A stretch of 64,000 nucleotides of DNA, from contig MU058836.1 of the NCBI GenBank assembly GCA_013265495.1, forward strand, positions 248,001 through 312,000, written 5' to 3'. Shown in pieces: positions 52,113 through 64,000 of this stretch. Numbering within the stretch: the first letter of the stretch is position 1; every line of letters begins with the position of its first letter. The notes under the pieces were generated by a model. The model was not told the DNA's origin, ran no database searches, and saw nothing but the letters and a program-made list of their open reading frames with translations. Position numbers and translations under genes: made by a program. The stretch is from Vicugna vicugna (Eukaryota).

Positions 52113-53088
52113 ACTATCTGAAACCAAGATGAGAAGACTTGCCCAAGATCACACAGTGAGCTCAGCCTACACCAGAATTCCCAGCTTCTGAAGCCCAGTC
52201 TAGTGCTATTCTTAGCTTTGCTTTAAACTAAAATAGAACGGAGAGTCACAGAGCGTTTGCAAACACCGTTAAACCTCAAGTCCCTTGAACAAAATGAACC
52301 AAATTCCGCTCTTACAGTTTTCCCCAGATTCTCCAAGTAAAGGAAGAAAGCAACAACCAAAACACATCATTGGTGGTGGCGATGGTGCTGGAGACGGTGA
52401 TGATAAAGAACCCGCCAGGCCCTGAGACCTGGGCCAATGTGCACTAACTCAGCTCCCTGAACCCGCTACTCTAACTATAAAAATATCCCAAGCCCCTACT
52501 CAACAAACTTAGGCTTTATTTTTATTTTTACTTTGCTAAGATAGGACTAAGCAGAAACTCAGTGAATCAGAAATCCCACTCATCTCCTAATTAATTGTGC
52601 TTTTACTCCTCAGATCCCTTAATAGAAATGCCTTTCTAAAACAGGGAAATCAAAAAACTATCTGAAAACGTGAAAAATTTCAGACCTGAAGCTGGGTTGC
52701 TCTCCTTTTTCCTTCGCCTCTCCTTTTTTGCTTCCCACTGTCAGATGGACAACTGTTCAGTGACTGAAGAAACTGTCTATGTCCTTCTAGAACCTGTCTT
52801 CCAAAGGCAAATAAGACTATTCTGCTTGTCATTTGTCACAGCCCTGACCACTCAGCCAGCGTCCATTTCTCTCCGTCAAGGGTTAGGAAAGAGACAAGAG
52901 CAAGAAAAATGCTGTTTGTAGAATAAGATTACAGCAAAAACTAGATCACAAACTCCAATCAGAAAATTTTAAATTAACATATATCCTTCTGCCCCATGCC
53001 ATAAAGTAGTGCTTTCAGCAACGCCCTTGCTGTTATAACTGATTTGTCTCTGCATTAATGTCCAGAGTTTTCAGAAATCCCAGCTATG

Positions 53089-53277
53089 GTGCGGAGGATT
53101 ATAGTTTAGTGGTAGAGTGCATGCTTAGCAGGCATGAAGTCCTCGGTTCAAACCCCAGTACCTCGGTCCAATAACCAAATTAAAAATAAACCTAGTTAAC
53201 CCCCCCTAAAAATAAAAAATATTTAAAAATTGTTTGCCTACTAATTAAATTTTTTTCATATAAAAGATTTTTAAAAA
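53089..53277 (+). mobile_element. Camelid SINE with perfect 16-bp TSD
   Basis: tRNA-like head with A/B boxes; TSD agaaatcccagctatg at 53073-53088 and 53278-53293. Confidence 0.9.
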
Positions 53278-54267
53278 AGAAATCCCAGCTATGACAGACA
53301 TACTTTCAATAAATTTAAATATTAAATTCCCAATTACATTTCCCTTCCAACCTCAAAAATTAAAAAAAAAAACAAAAAAACAAAAAAACAAAAAACAAAA
53401 CCTCAGGATGCTCCTCATGAGTAAAGTGAATTTTAATTGTTCCATTTTTCCACGACAACCTGAATATAGTTATTGATTTTTTTCTTAAACTGGGTTTAAG
53501 TGTTTCAGGGCATAGAAGTGTTTCTTCCTCCCCTTGCCATATAGTTTCTTCATACTTCTCGTCCGTTAATAATACACATTAACTAGGAAGAACATTTATG
53601 CAATCAAACTCTAAAAAAAAAAAAAAACACCAAAAAACCTTAATGTCATTTTTTTAAAGTTCAAGACTTTTTAAATTAGAATCTAAAAGGAAAAGAAATT
53701 TTTGTATGTCATATAATTCCAACCAGCTATCAATCACCTTCATCCTAAGAATGTGTACTATTCTGCCCTTTTAAAATCTTGAAGTTCAAGGACGTGGAAA
53801 CCCCTCCTGACTTTCAGGACGTTTTGACCCCCTACTCTGTTTACATCCATGAGAAGCATGGGCTCTTCATTTAAGCTGTCCTCACTCGTGTCTGTACATT
53901 GTTACCTCTGTGTATTGCTTGGGTTCGTGCTCACGGATGGGAGACCATCTGAACGAGTTACCTTGATGATTTTACCTCATCTATTCCTCGAGAGCGCAAT
54001 CCTTCCTTTCTGCTCCAAGTATGAAGGGGTAAACGGACATTTAACGCACCACTCTCCTCACAGAGTTTCCTAGTAACTTTTCTCCAGTTCCTAGTTTCTC
54101 CAAAGGGAAACGTGGTAAATTTCTACTTGGGGGTCCAGCTGGTCATATGGTCACTCTCCACCCCTTCTCCCTGGCCCAGCCTCTAACCACCCTCCCCTAG
54201 CAAAATTATCTCTTCTCCAGACAGTTTCCGGTAAGAAGTATGTTGATTTTTAAAATATATTAAGTAC

Positions 54268-54400
54268 GGGGAGGGCATAGCTCATGCTTTGCATGCACGA
54301 GGTCCTGGGTTCAATCCCCAGTATCTCCACTAAAAATAAATAAGTAAATAAACCTAATTACCTCCCCACCCCCCAAAATATTTCTTAAACATAAAAAAAA
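54268..54400 (+). mobile_element. Camelid SINE with short internal deletion
   Basis: 'ggggagggcatagctca..tgcatgcacgaggtcctgggttcaatccccagta...aaataaacctaattacctcccc'. Confidence 0.85.
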
Positions 54401-54696
54401 TTTTAAGTATATGATAAGTAATATTTGGCAAGAACTTTACAGTTTACAGTATAGATTTAAAAGTTAGATTTGCATTTCATGTTTTTCTAAAACGTATTCG
54501 CTTTTTCAATCCAAAGATAAATTTTTAAATTCTTTATAATTTCACAAACCATATAACCCCTCTTATCATTTCTTAAACAAAATTAGTACATTTATAATCT
54601 ATAGTGACAGAAAGCAGACCAGCGGTTGTCTGGGGCTAGGAGTAGGGGATTGACTGTAAAGGGTAAGAAGGGACTTTCTGTAGTAATAAAAGCATA

Positions 54697-55768
54697 TTTT
54701 TTCCAGCTTTATTGAGATATAATTGACATATAACACTGTGTAAGTTTAATGTGTACAATGTAATGATTTGATGCATGTATATATCATAAAATGATTACCA
54801 CAAGTTTAGTCAACATGTTTTTCATCACTAATATTGTCACCATTTTGCATGTAGTGAGAACGAACTTATAACATCTACTCTCTTAGCAACTTTCAAGTGT
54901 GCAGCACAGTGCTGTTAACTATGGTCACCAGGCTGGACATTAGCTCCCCAGAACTTACTCACCTTATTGTTGCAGAAAAATGTGTTGCAGCTCAGTTGTG
55001 ACAGCAACCTGGATCCAGGCGAGAGACCAAGCAGCACTCCGACAGTTGGAAAACTCAGGTTTATTACACCAGCATACCCAGTAAAGTTAATACTCCAAGC
55101 TCTGGACCCCGTCTGTAGGTTTACACAGGCCTTTATAGGCTGCCAGTTTTACACTTTGCAACATCATATGCAAATAAAGTATAACAGAATTTGACCAACC
55201 AGGAACAAGCTTTGTAGAAATAGACCAATCAGGAGTGAGAGAAATAACCAATCAGGAATGAGGGGAATGGACCAATCAGGAGTGAGAGAAATAACCAATC
55301 AGGAGTGAGGGGAATGGACCAATCAGGAGTGAGAGAAATAACCAATCAGGAGTGAAGGAAATAACCAATCAGAAGTGAGCTCAGGGAACCAATAGAATTT
55401 TAGGTGTAAGTTAGCCGTTTCACAGGCAAAAAGTGAGATAGAGCCTCTGGGCCAGGGAACCGGACGGTGTTGGCGGGAGAGTAGTGGCCCTGCCTAGGGG
55501 TCCTGCTGGTCTTTTCATGGGGCTTCCCGCCTCATTATAACTGGAAGTTTGTACACTTTGACCACTTACATCCATTTCCCCCACCTTCCTACCCCTGGAA
55601 ACCACCAATCTGCTCTCTGTTTCTATGAATCTGAGGGTTTTTTTTTTTTTAAGATTCCACATATAAATAAGATCACACAGTATTTATGTTTCTTTGTTTG
55701 ACTTATTTCACTTAGCATAATGCCCTCAAGTTTCATCCATTTTTTCATAAATGGCAGGATTTCTTTCA
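54697..55768 (-). mobile_element. L1MA-like 3' end split by a solo LTR, itself inside an older plus-strand L1 3'UTR (54600-54690 and 55770-55890)
   Basis: 'agctttattgagatataattgacatataac...gaacttactcacc[LTR]ttataactggaagtttgtac'. Confidence 0.85.
54968..55534 (-). mobile_element. ERV1-class solo LTR with tandem CCAAT array
   Basis: TG...CA ends; 4-bp TSD ttat (54964-54967 and 55535-55538); minus-strand TATAAA at about 55132 and AATAAA at about 55060. Confidence 0.9.
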
Positions 55769-55949
55769 ACAAAAGTGTGCCTTGATCATGCTGGTTACAT
55801 GGCTTATATCCATTTGTCAAAAGTCGTTACCCTGGACACTTAAAATGAGTACATTTTATGGTATGTAAATTACACTTCAATGAAGTTTAAATAATGAAAT
55901 ACTCATTATGAAATTCAAATAAGGCTCCCAGTTAAATACACTGGATTTA

Positions 55950-57590
55950 TTTTACTTTTCTCTTTGTCACAGCCTCACTGAAACAGTAGTAAAGGAATGG
56001 ATATAAGACATCCAAGGACAAGGAGAACAGAAAAAAAAAAAGTCCCCGGAAGATGAAAATTCAACAGATTTCAGAACTTAGCAAAGCAGAGTGAGTTACA
56101 AACTCAGTGCCTACAGATGGATGAAAAAATCATGAGCAGTTAGTGGGCAATTTTCCCTGTTGGAGCCCTGGAGGGAAAGAGAGGGAAGCTTAGAACTTGA
56201 GGGAGGGGATTGAAATATAAAAATAAATGCAGGATTAGCTAAAGGTCTGTACAGAGAGGAATGGGAACCCCTCCCCATCCCGTCCTTTACTCTGGGCAGC
56301 CAGATAATTACCCATTGCTCACCCTTCCCAGTGGTGGGACAGAAGTTTATTTCAGGGAGACCCCAGACTCAGAGACACCCTGCCCAATGGAAAGCAAGGG
56401 TGAGGGACAAGACGGAAACAGGTTTACAAGTAGTTGACCTAAGACCTGCAGCCCCCTACAGGTCACTAATCTAAAAAGGGTCAAGTAGATATTTTGAAGC
56501 TATATCTCTAGAAAATTTAAACAGTTCTAGAGAAAAGACCGTTCACAAGCCTTTCAGGGTTTTACCAGTGGGAAGACCATCTTGGTCCTTGATCTCCGTA
56601 GCCTGAAGCCTGCCAGTTCACAGACATTCTCTGAACACACACCCGTACACATGCCCACACACGCACAAACACACAGCTTCCAGATAATGGCTCGATTTCA
56701 AATAAGAACACAGTGTGGAGCATAATCTGGCATTTAAGAAATACAGTCAATATTGGAAACGTTAGCTGTCTTGAGTGTGATGGTGGTTTCACTGGTGTGT
56801 ATACAACTACCAAAAGTCATCAAATTGTACATCTGAAATATGTGTAGTTTGCTGTGCAGGAATGATACCACAATAAAGGTGTTAAAAACTTAAATAAATA
56901 AATAAATAAATAAATAGGAAAAAAAGAAATACCATCAATGTGATAATTTTTTTAAAAAGTTGAAATAAATATTGTTTTAAAGAAGAAAGTTGGAGAAAAC
57001 AGAAACAACACAGGGAGCTTAAGAGAGCCTTAAAAAAAAAGAAACATATTTAATATCTTTAAAGTGATGAGAGATGGTATTGCACCCATAAACCAAGAAA
57101 CGGGTGCTATAAAAATGAAGTAATCAGAGAAGAAGAGAGAGCTCTCAGATATTTAAAATACATTAATCTCAGTAAAACTTCATCAGTATTGAAGTAGAGA
57201 AAATCTTATGTAAGGCTGAACAAAAAGACACAGAAATGAGAAAGAGGATCCACCAGGAAGGACTATATCCCAATAAGAAAAATTAAAGAAAAGTAGAACC
57301 AGGAAGAAGAAATTATCGAAGAAATAAAGGATACAAGTCTTTAAATTCAACGGGCCGATGTGTACCTAGACAAAAACTAGAATGTACAAATGCAAATCAT
57401 CATGAAATTTTAAGAAGCCAGAGATACAAATATAAAATGCAAAGTTTCCAGTAAAAAAAAAGAGGATCACAGACAAATAATACACATAAGAAATTAGACT
57501 TCTTGGCATTAGACTTTTGGGCATCAACATTGAGTTTTAGTCAGTGAAGCATGCCCTTTAAATTTGTGAGACATGTTTTAACCTAAAGTT
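55950..57590 (+). mobile_element. Highly decayed L1/HAL1 5' and ORF1-like region
   Basis: A-rich with ORF1-like landmarks ('aaatcatcatgaaattttaagaagccagagat', 'aattagacttct'); contains a small L1 3' piece at about 56750-56930. Confidence 0.5.
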
Positions 57591-57594
57591 TCAC

Positions 57595-58180
57595 TTTATT
57601 TTATTTCATTTTTATTAAAGTTTAGTCAATTTACAATGTTGCGTTCATTTCTGGTGTGCAGTATAGTAATTCAGGTGTACATATATGTATTCTTTTCCAT
57701 TACAGGCTATTACAAGATAGTGAATATAGTTCCCTGTGCTCTGCAGTAGGACCTTGTTGTTTATCTGTTTTATATATAGTAGTGCGTATCTGCAAATCCA
57801 GAACTCCCAATTTATCCCTCCAATCCCACCCTTTCCCCCTGTTAGCCTTAAGTGTGTTTTCTATGTCTGTGAGTCTGTTTCTGTTTTGTAAATAAGTTCA
57901 TTTGTGTAATTTTTTGAGATTCCACATATAAGTGATGTCATATGGTATTTTTCTTTCTCTTTCTGGCTTACTTCACTTAGAATCACAATCTCCAGGTCCA
58001 TCCATGTTGCTGCAAATGGCATTATTTTATTCTTTTTTATGGATGAGTAGTATTCCATTATATAAATGGAAACCGCAACTTCTTTATCCAGTCATCTGTC
58101 GATGGACATTTAGGTCATTTCCATGTCTTGGCTATTGTAAATAGAGCTTCTGTGAACATTGGGGTGTGTGTATCTTTTCG
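57595..58180 (-). mobile_element. Relatively young L1 3' end (ORF2 C-terminus plus 3'UTR)
   Basis: ORF 57861..58058 MEYYSSIKKNKIMPFAATWMDLEIVILSEVSQ is the L1 ORF2 C-terminus. Confidence 0.92.
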
Positions 58181-58913
58181 AATGTTGAACAACGTCTTAA
58201 TAAGCAGTGTTAAATGACAAGTAAAGGCAATTATAAAATATGTATTTTCAGACAATATGTTGAATGTAATTCTACCTCAGTTTTCTCACTTGTAAAATGG
58301 GGATAATAATATCTACCTCATGGGGTTGGGAGAGCATTAAATGGACAATATATTTAGAGCCCCAAGTACATAGTTAGTGCTTGGTGGCAATAATATTTAT
58401 CAGTGAGTGGGAATTTGAGGATGGGGGCAGGAAATGAGTAATAAAAGGAGAGAAGCCAAGAGGAAAAGGGCTGCACACCTTAGTAAAAGGAGCTGCAACT
58501 GGGCTGATAGATATGAGCCTTCGTAAAAACATACATTGAGTCTTAAGCTTTCGGTTATCAACTATTGATGCTGAAATGAACCCAACCCTACCTCGCACCT
58601 TCCCACCACCGCCTTTCACTGTTATATGCCCATAAATTTAGGAAACAAACACATACTCCTCCTTTGCTGAGTAGCATTTTGAAGGGTGGACAAATTAAGG
58701 AGAAGGAGGTGTGCTATATGCTTGGGAAACACTGAGACAGAAATGTAAAATAAAATTTGAAAATTCCACAGAAGGCAGTACTCAGAGCCATAGGTAACTT
58801 GGATGAATGCAAAGTTCTGAAATTTTTTATAAATCTTCGTCGAACCACAGACTAGGGTTTGAGGAGATCTTGAAATAGGGAAGAAACTTTGTATTCTATT
58901 ACAAATTAATCAC

Positions 58914-59299
58914 TGAAGGAATGTTGCCTGTAAGCTTAAATTATACATAATGGCCCATCGCCGGGAACCCTGCTTCCCAGGTGATGAGCATTAAGCTAAA
59001 ATCTCTGCGTTGGCCTCACAGGAGGCACCTGACCTGGCCCACCTGTGAATGGCTACAGGCAGGAAGACATTAAGCCATCCCCTCCGGAGTCGGGCAGGAG
59101 CCAGGAGTTTCCTCCCACCCCTTTTAGTATAAAAGAAGCCTGAATTCTAACTTGGAAGATGGTTCCTTAGAACATTACTCTGCCGTCTTCTCGGACTGCT
59201 GGCTTTCCAAATAAAGTCTCTATTCCTTGCCCCAACAACTCATCTCTTGATTTATTGGCCTGTCACGAGGCGAGCAGGACGAGCTTGGACTCAGTAACA
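58914..59299 (+). mobile_element. ERV1-class 5' LTR
   Basis: TG...CA; TATAAAA at 59128; AATAAA at 59210; ends 'gagcttggactcagtaaca'. Confidence 0.85.
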
Positions 59300-59819
59300 A
59301 ATTCTGGCAAAGCCAGCTAAGAGTCTTGCTGCAACCTGCCCCGACTGGGGAATTTTCGGGTAAGGCCCCAGCAGCTGCCAGGAGCGCTTGTCCTGAGGAG
59401 CTTCCCTTCAGAATTCCCCAAAGCTTCGCCAGCTGCCCTGCCGCTTGGTAGTTGGAGCAAGGAATCGACCGTCGTCTGGAAGCCGGCGGGCTCCATACAG
59501 TAGGGTAAGTGGCTCCAGTGTGCACAGCCGGAAACTCCTTTTCCTCCAGTTGGGGCTTTTTTTTCTCCGGAATAAGCCAACTTTTCTTGTATTTGAGTGG
59601 AGTGCCCTGTTGGAGAGAGGAAATAGTTGATGGACTTTCCCCCATCTGTGAACTTGTTTGTTAGCTTCTGCTATGTTCATTCATGTTGAAATGTGTTTGT
59701 GCTTTTGGCGCAGGAATTTGTGTTTCTGGTGCTTTGTTGTTCTTGAACTTATAAATACGGGAAATACTCCATCTGTCCCTAAGGAAGGCTCTTTCGGGGC
59801 ATATCATATTACTGCTTAG
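59300..59819 (+). mobile_element. ERV internal leader: PBS (tRNA-Arg-like), splice donor, decayed gag start
   Basis: tggcaaagccagctaagagtc at 59305-59325; GG|GTAAGT at 59505; ACG-GGA-AAT-ACT-CCA-TCT-GTC-CCT at 59757. Confidence 0.7.
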
Positions 59820-61221
59820 ACTTTTCCTCCACAGCTACTGAAGGATGTGCCTCAGCCAAAGAAGGACTAGGCTGAAAAAAGTGGAAGTTAAAAGATTTAG
59901 GAATAAACGAGAGTGGCAAACAGAATTTTATGATGTGTACCAAGCTTAGAGAGAAACTTATCCAGGGATTAGATGAAAGAGATTGAGAACCATAGGAAAG
60001 AACTTTCCAGGGGAAAAAAATATAGAATTGATAGAATTGAAAATATATATATATATATATAATAAGGTTTTACCTTATTTATGCATTTGGAAAAATTACT
60101 GCTTGGTGTTTGACATATCTGTTGGTGTGTTTAGACAAAGAAATTTAGTGTGATACATAAAAGGAAAATTAAATAAGTGGGAAAAAATTGAGCTAAGTAT
60201 TAACCACAGGAAAAACAAAAAAATATAATAAAGAATCCATACTAGTTAGGTAGCTAGTGAACTATTTATGTAGTTCTGGCAGTATTAACTTACCTATAGA
60301 TTAAGTCAAAAGTTGTTATATAATTATATTGGAAAGCTGGAGAATTGGAAAGGGAAGAAATGGGTTGATAAGGGAGATAAATCCTCAAGTAACATAATAG
60401 GAATCCAATTCATAATATCAAAAAATCATTAAAAGTATATTATTTATACATTTGAAAGTAAATATTGAAAGAAACAATTACAAGAGTTTAAAGTAGCTCC
60501 CTCTGAAATACAGACCGAAGATAGAAAAAGTTGGGGCAAAGAATTATTGTATTTTCTATAAGCTCTTAGTACTACTTTATGTTCGAACTGTGTGTATCAC
60601 ACACGTAATCTTTAACAGAAAAGAAAAACAGTCTCATGTTTTTACTATTACAAACAATATTGCGAGGGACTTTTGCATCCACCATCTCATTTGGTTTACA
60701 CAAGAGTCCACTGAGATAGAATTTCTGTTAGCCCTATTTTATAGACGAGGAAATTGAGAATCGGAGAAATGAGGTGACTTGTGACAAGTCTCCTCATTCT
60801 AAATCCTTACCTCTTCCTCTATCCAAAAGCTGAAGAACAAAATTGTAATATGTGTGTATTTATAGTTTTGCCTGACTCCAAAAAGGTACTTAAGTTAACT
60901 TATAAAGATGAATATAGCATTGCCATATACATTGAACTAAAAATAAATCATTTGAGAGGCACATAGAAATAAGGATAGTAGGTTCCAGGGTAAAACTAGT
61001 TTATCAAATGCAAGCTAGTAAATCCTGTATATCATAATAGAAATAAAACCAAAATTTGGCTCTGAGCTCCCTAGCAACTAATGCTAAAAAGGAAACAAGA
61101 TTAACAAATTAAAAGATTCAGTTTGTCCACAAAGTAGTATCAAATCATATATATCAAAAAAAAAAAAAAGAACCCTAGCATTTCTTGCTGCTGAAACCAG
61201 GGAGAACTTGCACTCACTTAC

Positions 61222-61270
61222 CTTTATTAACAAGAAACTGCATAATGTGACAAATATCCTCAGAAACATT
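61222..61270 (-). other. Candidate exon, possibly encoding MFLRIFVTLCSFLLIK
   Basis: Donor AAG|gtaagtgagt; weak acceptor gctgacatgttttaag|; a second donor TTG|gtgagt at 61548. Confidence 0.3.
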
Positions 61271-62799
61271 CTTAAAACATGTCAGCGACAAGTAGAATCT
61301 GGGTCTTTCAATATAGATCAATTTCATCGCACGGAAAACAATTTGAATAAAAATAAATTAACAGGGACAAGAGGAGGGGCATCAAAATAATGAGACCTAA
61401 GTACAAGAAAGAATTCAAAGCATGTGTAACGTTCCCATTAGCCATGTATACATATACACATATACATACATACATGCATATACACACACAGGTAGACAAT
61501 AAATCTATACAGAGTTTTGAAATAACTCAACTTCCTGGTGCACTCACCAAGAGAAACTAAATGCAAAACGCACACAACCTAATGATGATTCACACCACTT
61601 TTTAAATAGGATTCTTCACTATACATGAGTTAAAATGGATTCCTCTATCCAAAATGGTGACATTGGTTTTAGAAAGACTGGTTCACCGCTATTCTTTCTC
61701 TTAGAAGCAGTTGTCTCTTAAATCCTCTCCTGGTCCATGATAACAAAACCATCTCATCTATTAAACGTTGACTCTAGATGAGAGATGTTGAAATTTGGTC
61801 TCCAGAAGAGTTGTCCAAATCCTATGACATTTCATTGGGCCACAGTACCAGGGATGGCGATTTGACTGAGCCAAAGAGGAGAGTGTGTGTAGAAGATGAG
61901 AACGTCGGAGTTGCCACTGGGCGTCAGGTCCCTGGGGGACTCGTGTGCTGTTCTCTGGGCGAATAACGGGCCTCTCGAGTGCTGACACCATGTGCTGCCA
62001 TCCTCGGAGGTGACAGAAGTTCTCCCTCAGTCTTAATGCATTAAGACCCTGCTGAGTTCTAAGCACAAATGGGAAAAGCAGACCCCTATCATGGAATCCA
62101 GACCTGGTGCCCGTGGACCTACTGGCGACAGTACCCAAGGGCTTGTCTCTTTTATTTCAAATCATCCACTCAAAACTCCCCCCTCACATGTACACTGTCC
62201 TTCATGCTGCTCATTCCTGCAAATAAGTTCAGGCTCAATGGAATTGTCAGGCTCCTATTATCAACGTAGCCTGTGTCTTTCCAGGACAAACCAGCCTGAG
62301 GGTTAGAAATGGATTCTCATTAAAACAGTATTGCAGTAGGTCTGCCTCAATTCCCTCTTCTGACACTGGCACCATCCTCCCCATTGCACCCACTGATTCC
62401 CAGGGGTCCTCTCAGGGCTGCCTCCCACTGCTCGCGTCCTCACTCTGTCTGCTCTCACCACGCACCTTGTCTTCCCTTCCTGGTCCAGAATGCCTCCCTG
62501 ATGTCTGTCACCTTCACAGCTGCTTCCTTAGGACTGAATGAGCTGGCTCACCACTGAGATTGTGTTTTACTCCTGGGGCATGGAGAAAACGCCTCCAGGA
62601 CTCAGCTGAATGTCCCATCACATTGGATGCCCACAGAGGTTCTGACGGTCTGTGAGCTGACTCATCGCTCTCTGCATCCTCAGTGCATTCTGTCCAATCC
62701 TTCTTTCCTCCCAGGAGAAAAGCAGACCGGTTGGGAGTGTTTGCACCGAGGAAAAAAATCCATCTCATAGCAAACATTCCGCCGGTCCCCAAGGATTCC

Positions 62800-63660
62800 T
62801 CATAAGAGCTCTCCACCGCACCCGCTCACAGGGCAGACAATGTGCTAAACCAGCTGTTTAACACAAGAGGCTCCCGGTCCCCAGAGACCAGAGACAAGCT
62901 CCCGAGACGCGCAATATGTCTCCATTAGCCAAGCAACCGGCTTTGGGTGTGTTGCCCAATTCCATATTCCTGTGTTCATTAGCTGCAAGCCAGTCTGCCA
63001 GGAACTCGGGGCTCACCAGCTTTCCTAAACGGAGGAGAGAGAAACGCGTCAGGTGGCCTGCCCCGTAGGTCTGTCTCTCCTGGGACCCTGTGCCGGAGGG
63101 GCCTGTTACACCACAACCCGTGGAGGCTTAGTGGCAGGCCACGCTAGGACGTCCATGCTGAGTTAGCCGGGACAGGTGAGTAAACAGGGACAGTCATGGA
63201 GGGAGAGGGGTTGACTGGGCTGCGAGACAGGTCCTGAGAGAGGGGGCATCCAAGTCCCGCTGCCCAGGGGGGCAAGGGGAAGGGGGAACAGCACCGCAGG
63301 TAAGAGCTCAAACTCCAGAGTGAGACAGAACTGGTTTTGAATCCCGGCATCGCCACTTAGCATTGACCTTAGGCGACTCACGTAGCCTCTTCTGCCCCAG
63401 AGGTAATAAAAGAACCCCCAGGTGGTCCTGAGGAGATGATGCTTGCAAAGTTCTCAGCCTGCAGCTTGGCCCAGGGTAAATGATAACTAGTGCTCTTTGC
63501 AGTCTGACTTCAGTCTCCAAGGGCAGGTGGGGCCGGGCTGGCGGATGTGACCTCCTACCAGAAATATCCCCACGGAGAATGGCGGCTCCCTGACTCCGGG
63601 TTCTCCTTCCAGACTGCAGCCGTGTCCGAATTAACCAGTGACGTGTCAGGGCGGGCCTCC
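62800..63660. promoter_or_regulatory. CpG-enriched promoter/enhancer-like region
   Basis: Visibly more CpG than the flanks; X-box-like ttagccaagcaac at about 62925; YY1-like aatggcggc at about 63578; tgacgt and gggcggg at about 63639-63655. Confidence 0.4.
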
Positions 63661-64000
63661 CCCAACATGGTGGCCACGGCTACCTGCGGCTGTTGAGCAC
63701 GTGAGATGCGGCGAGTCTACACCGGCATGTGCCTTGGTGTAAAGTCCACGCTGGATTGGAAAGGCGTGTGTGTGTGTGTGTGTGTGTAAACAAATCTAGT
63801 AAAATAGCTCATTAATCCTTTCTTGTATTGCCTACGTGTTGACATAGCTGATAATACTGTGTTTATATTGGGTTAAACAGAATATATCATTAAGATGAAT
63901 TTTACCTCTTTCTTTTTTTTACCTTTTTCAATGCGGCTATAAGAAAATGTTAAATTACCCTTGTGGCTTGCATGCATGGGTCACCTTGTCTTTCCATTGG
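63657..64000 (-). mobile_element. MER33-like hAT-Charlie element with internal (TG)n
   Basis: 'ccaacatggtggccac...ggctgttgagcac...tatattgggttaaac...aaaatgttaaattac'. Confidence 0.75.

Noticed and set aside
53089..53165. tRNA gene-like sequence (also 48041 and 54268)
   Set aside because: SINE heads with A-rich tails and TSDs, not intact cloverleafs
55225..55393. CRISPR-like regularly spaced repeat
   Set aside because: The spacers are themselves repeated; it is an LTR enhancer tandem array in mammalian DNA
59220..59680. Overlapping minus-strand ORFs (up to 141 aa)
   Set aside because: Antisense of a GC-rich ERV leader; no independent coding evidence
61761..62816. 125-aa and 100-aa minus-strand ORFs
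   Set aside because: Non-ATG starts, no recognisable domain, no strong flanking splice pairs

Overview
Mammalian genomic DNA, very probably camelid (alpaca/llama/camel): it carries tRNA-derived SINEs of the camelid vic-1 type and artiodactyl-type L1 3' ends. It is repeat-rich intronic/intergenic sequence (L1, L2, MIR, MaLR/ERVL LTRs, hAT DNA transposons, two ERV1-class elements, microsatellites, one 112-N gap). I recognise no known gene, and nearly all six-frame ORFs are repeat-derived or chance. The main non-repeat signal is a chain of minus-strand exon candidates with good splice sites (61222-61270, 38467-38518, from 16079 leftward, 12695-12899, 5321-5434, 2991-3081, 1632-1740). The last two join in frame from a strong-Kozak ATG and run off the left edge. 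The first three can be joined into a speculative 60-aa hydrophobic peptide. Other highlights: a solo LTR with 8 phased CCAAT boxes plus an octamer, a truncated provirus (5'LTR, PBS-Arg, gag start), two 5'-inverted (twin-primed) L1s and a probable L1 3' transduction. Repeat subfamily names come from remembered consensus similarity, not a search, and boundaries without TSDs are approximate.
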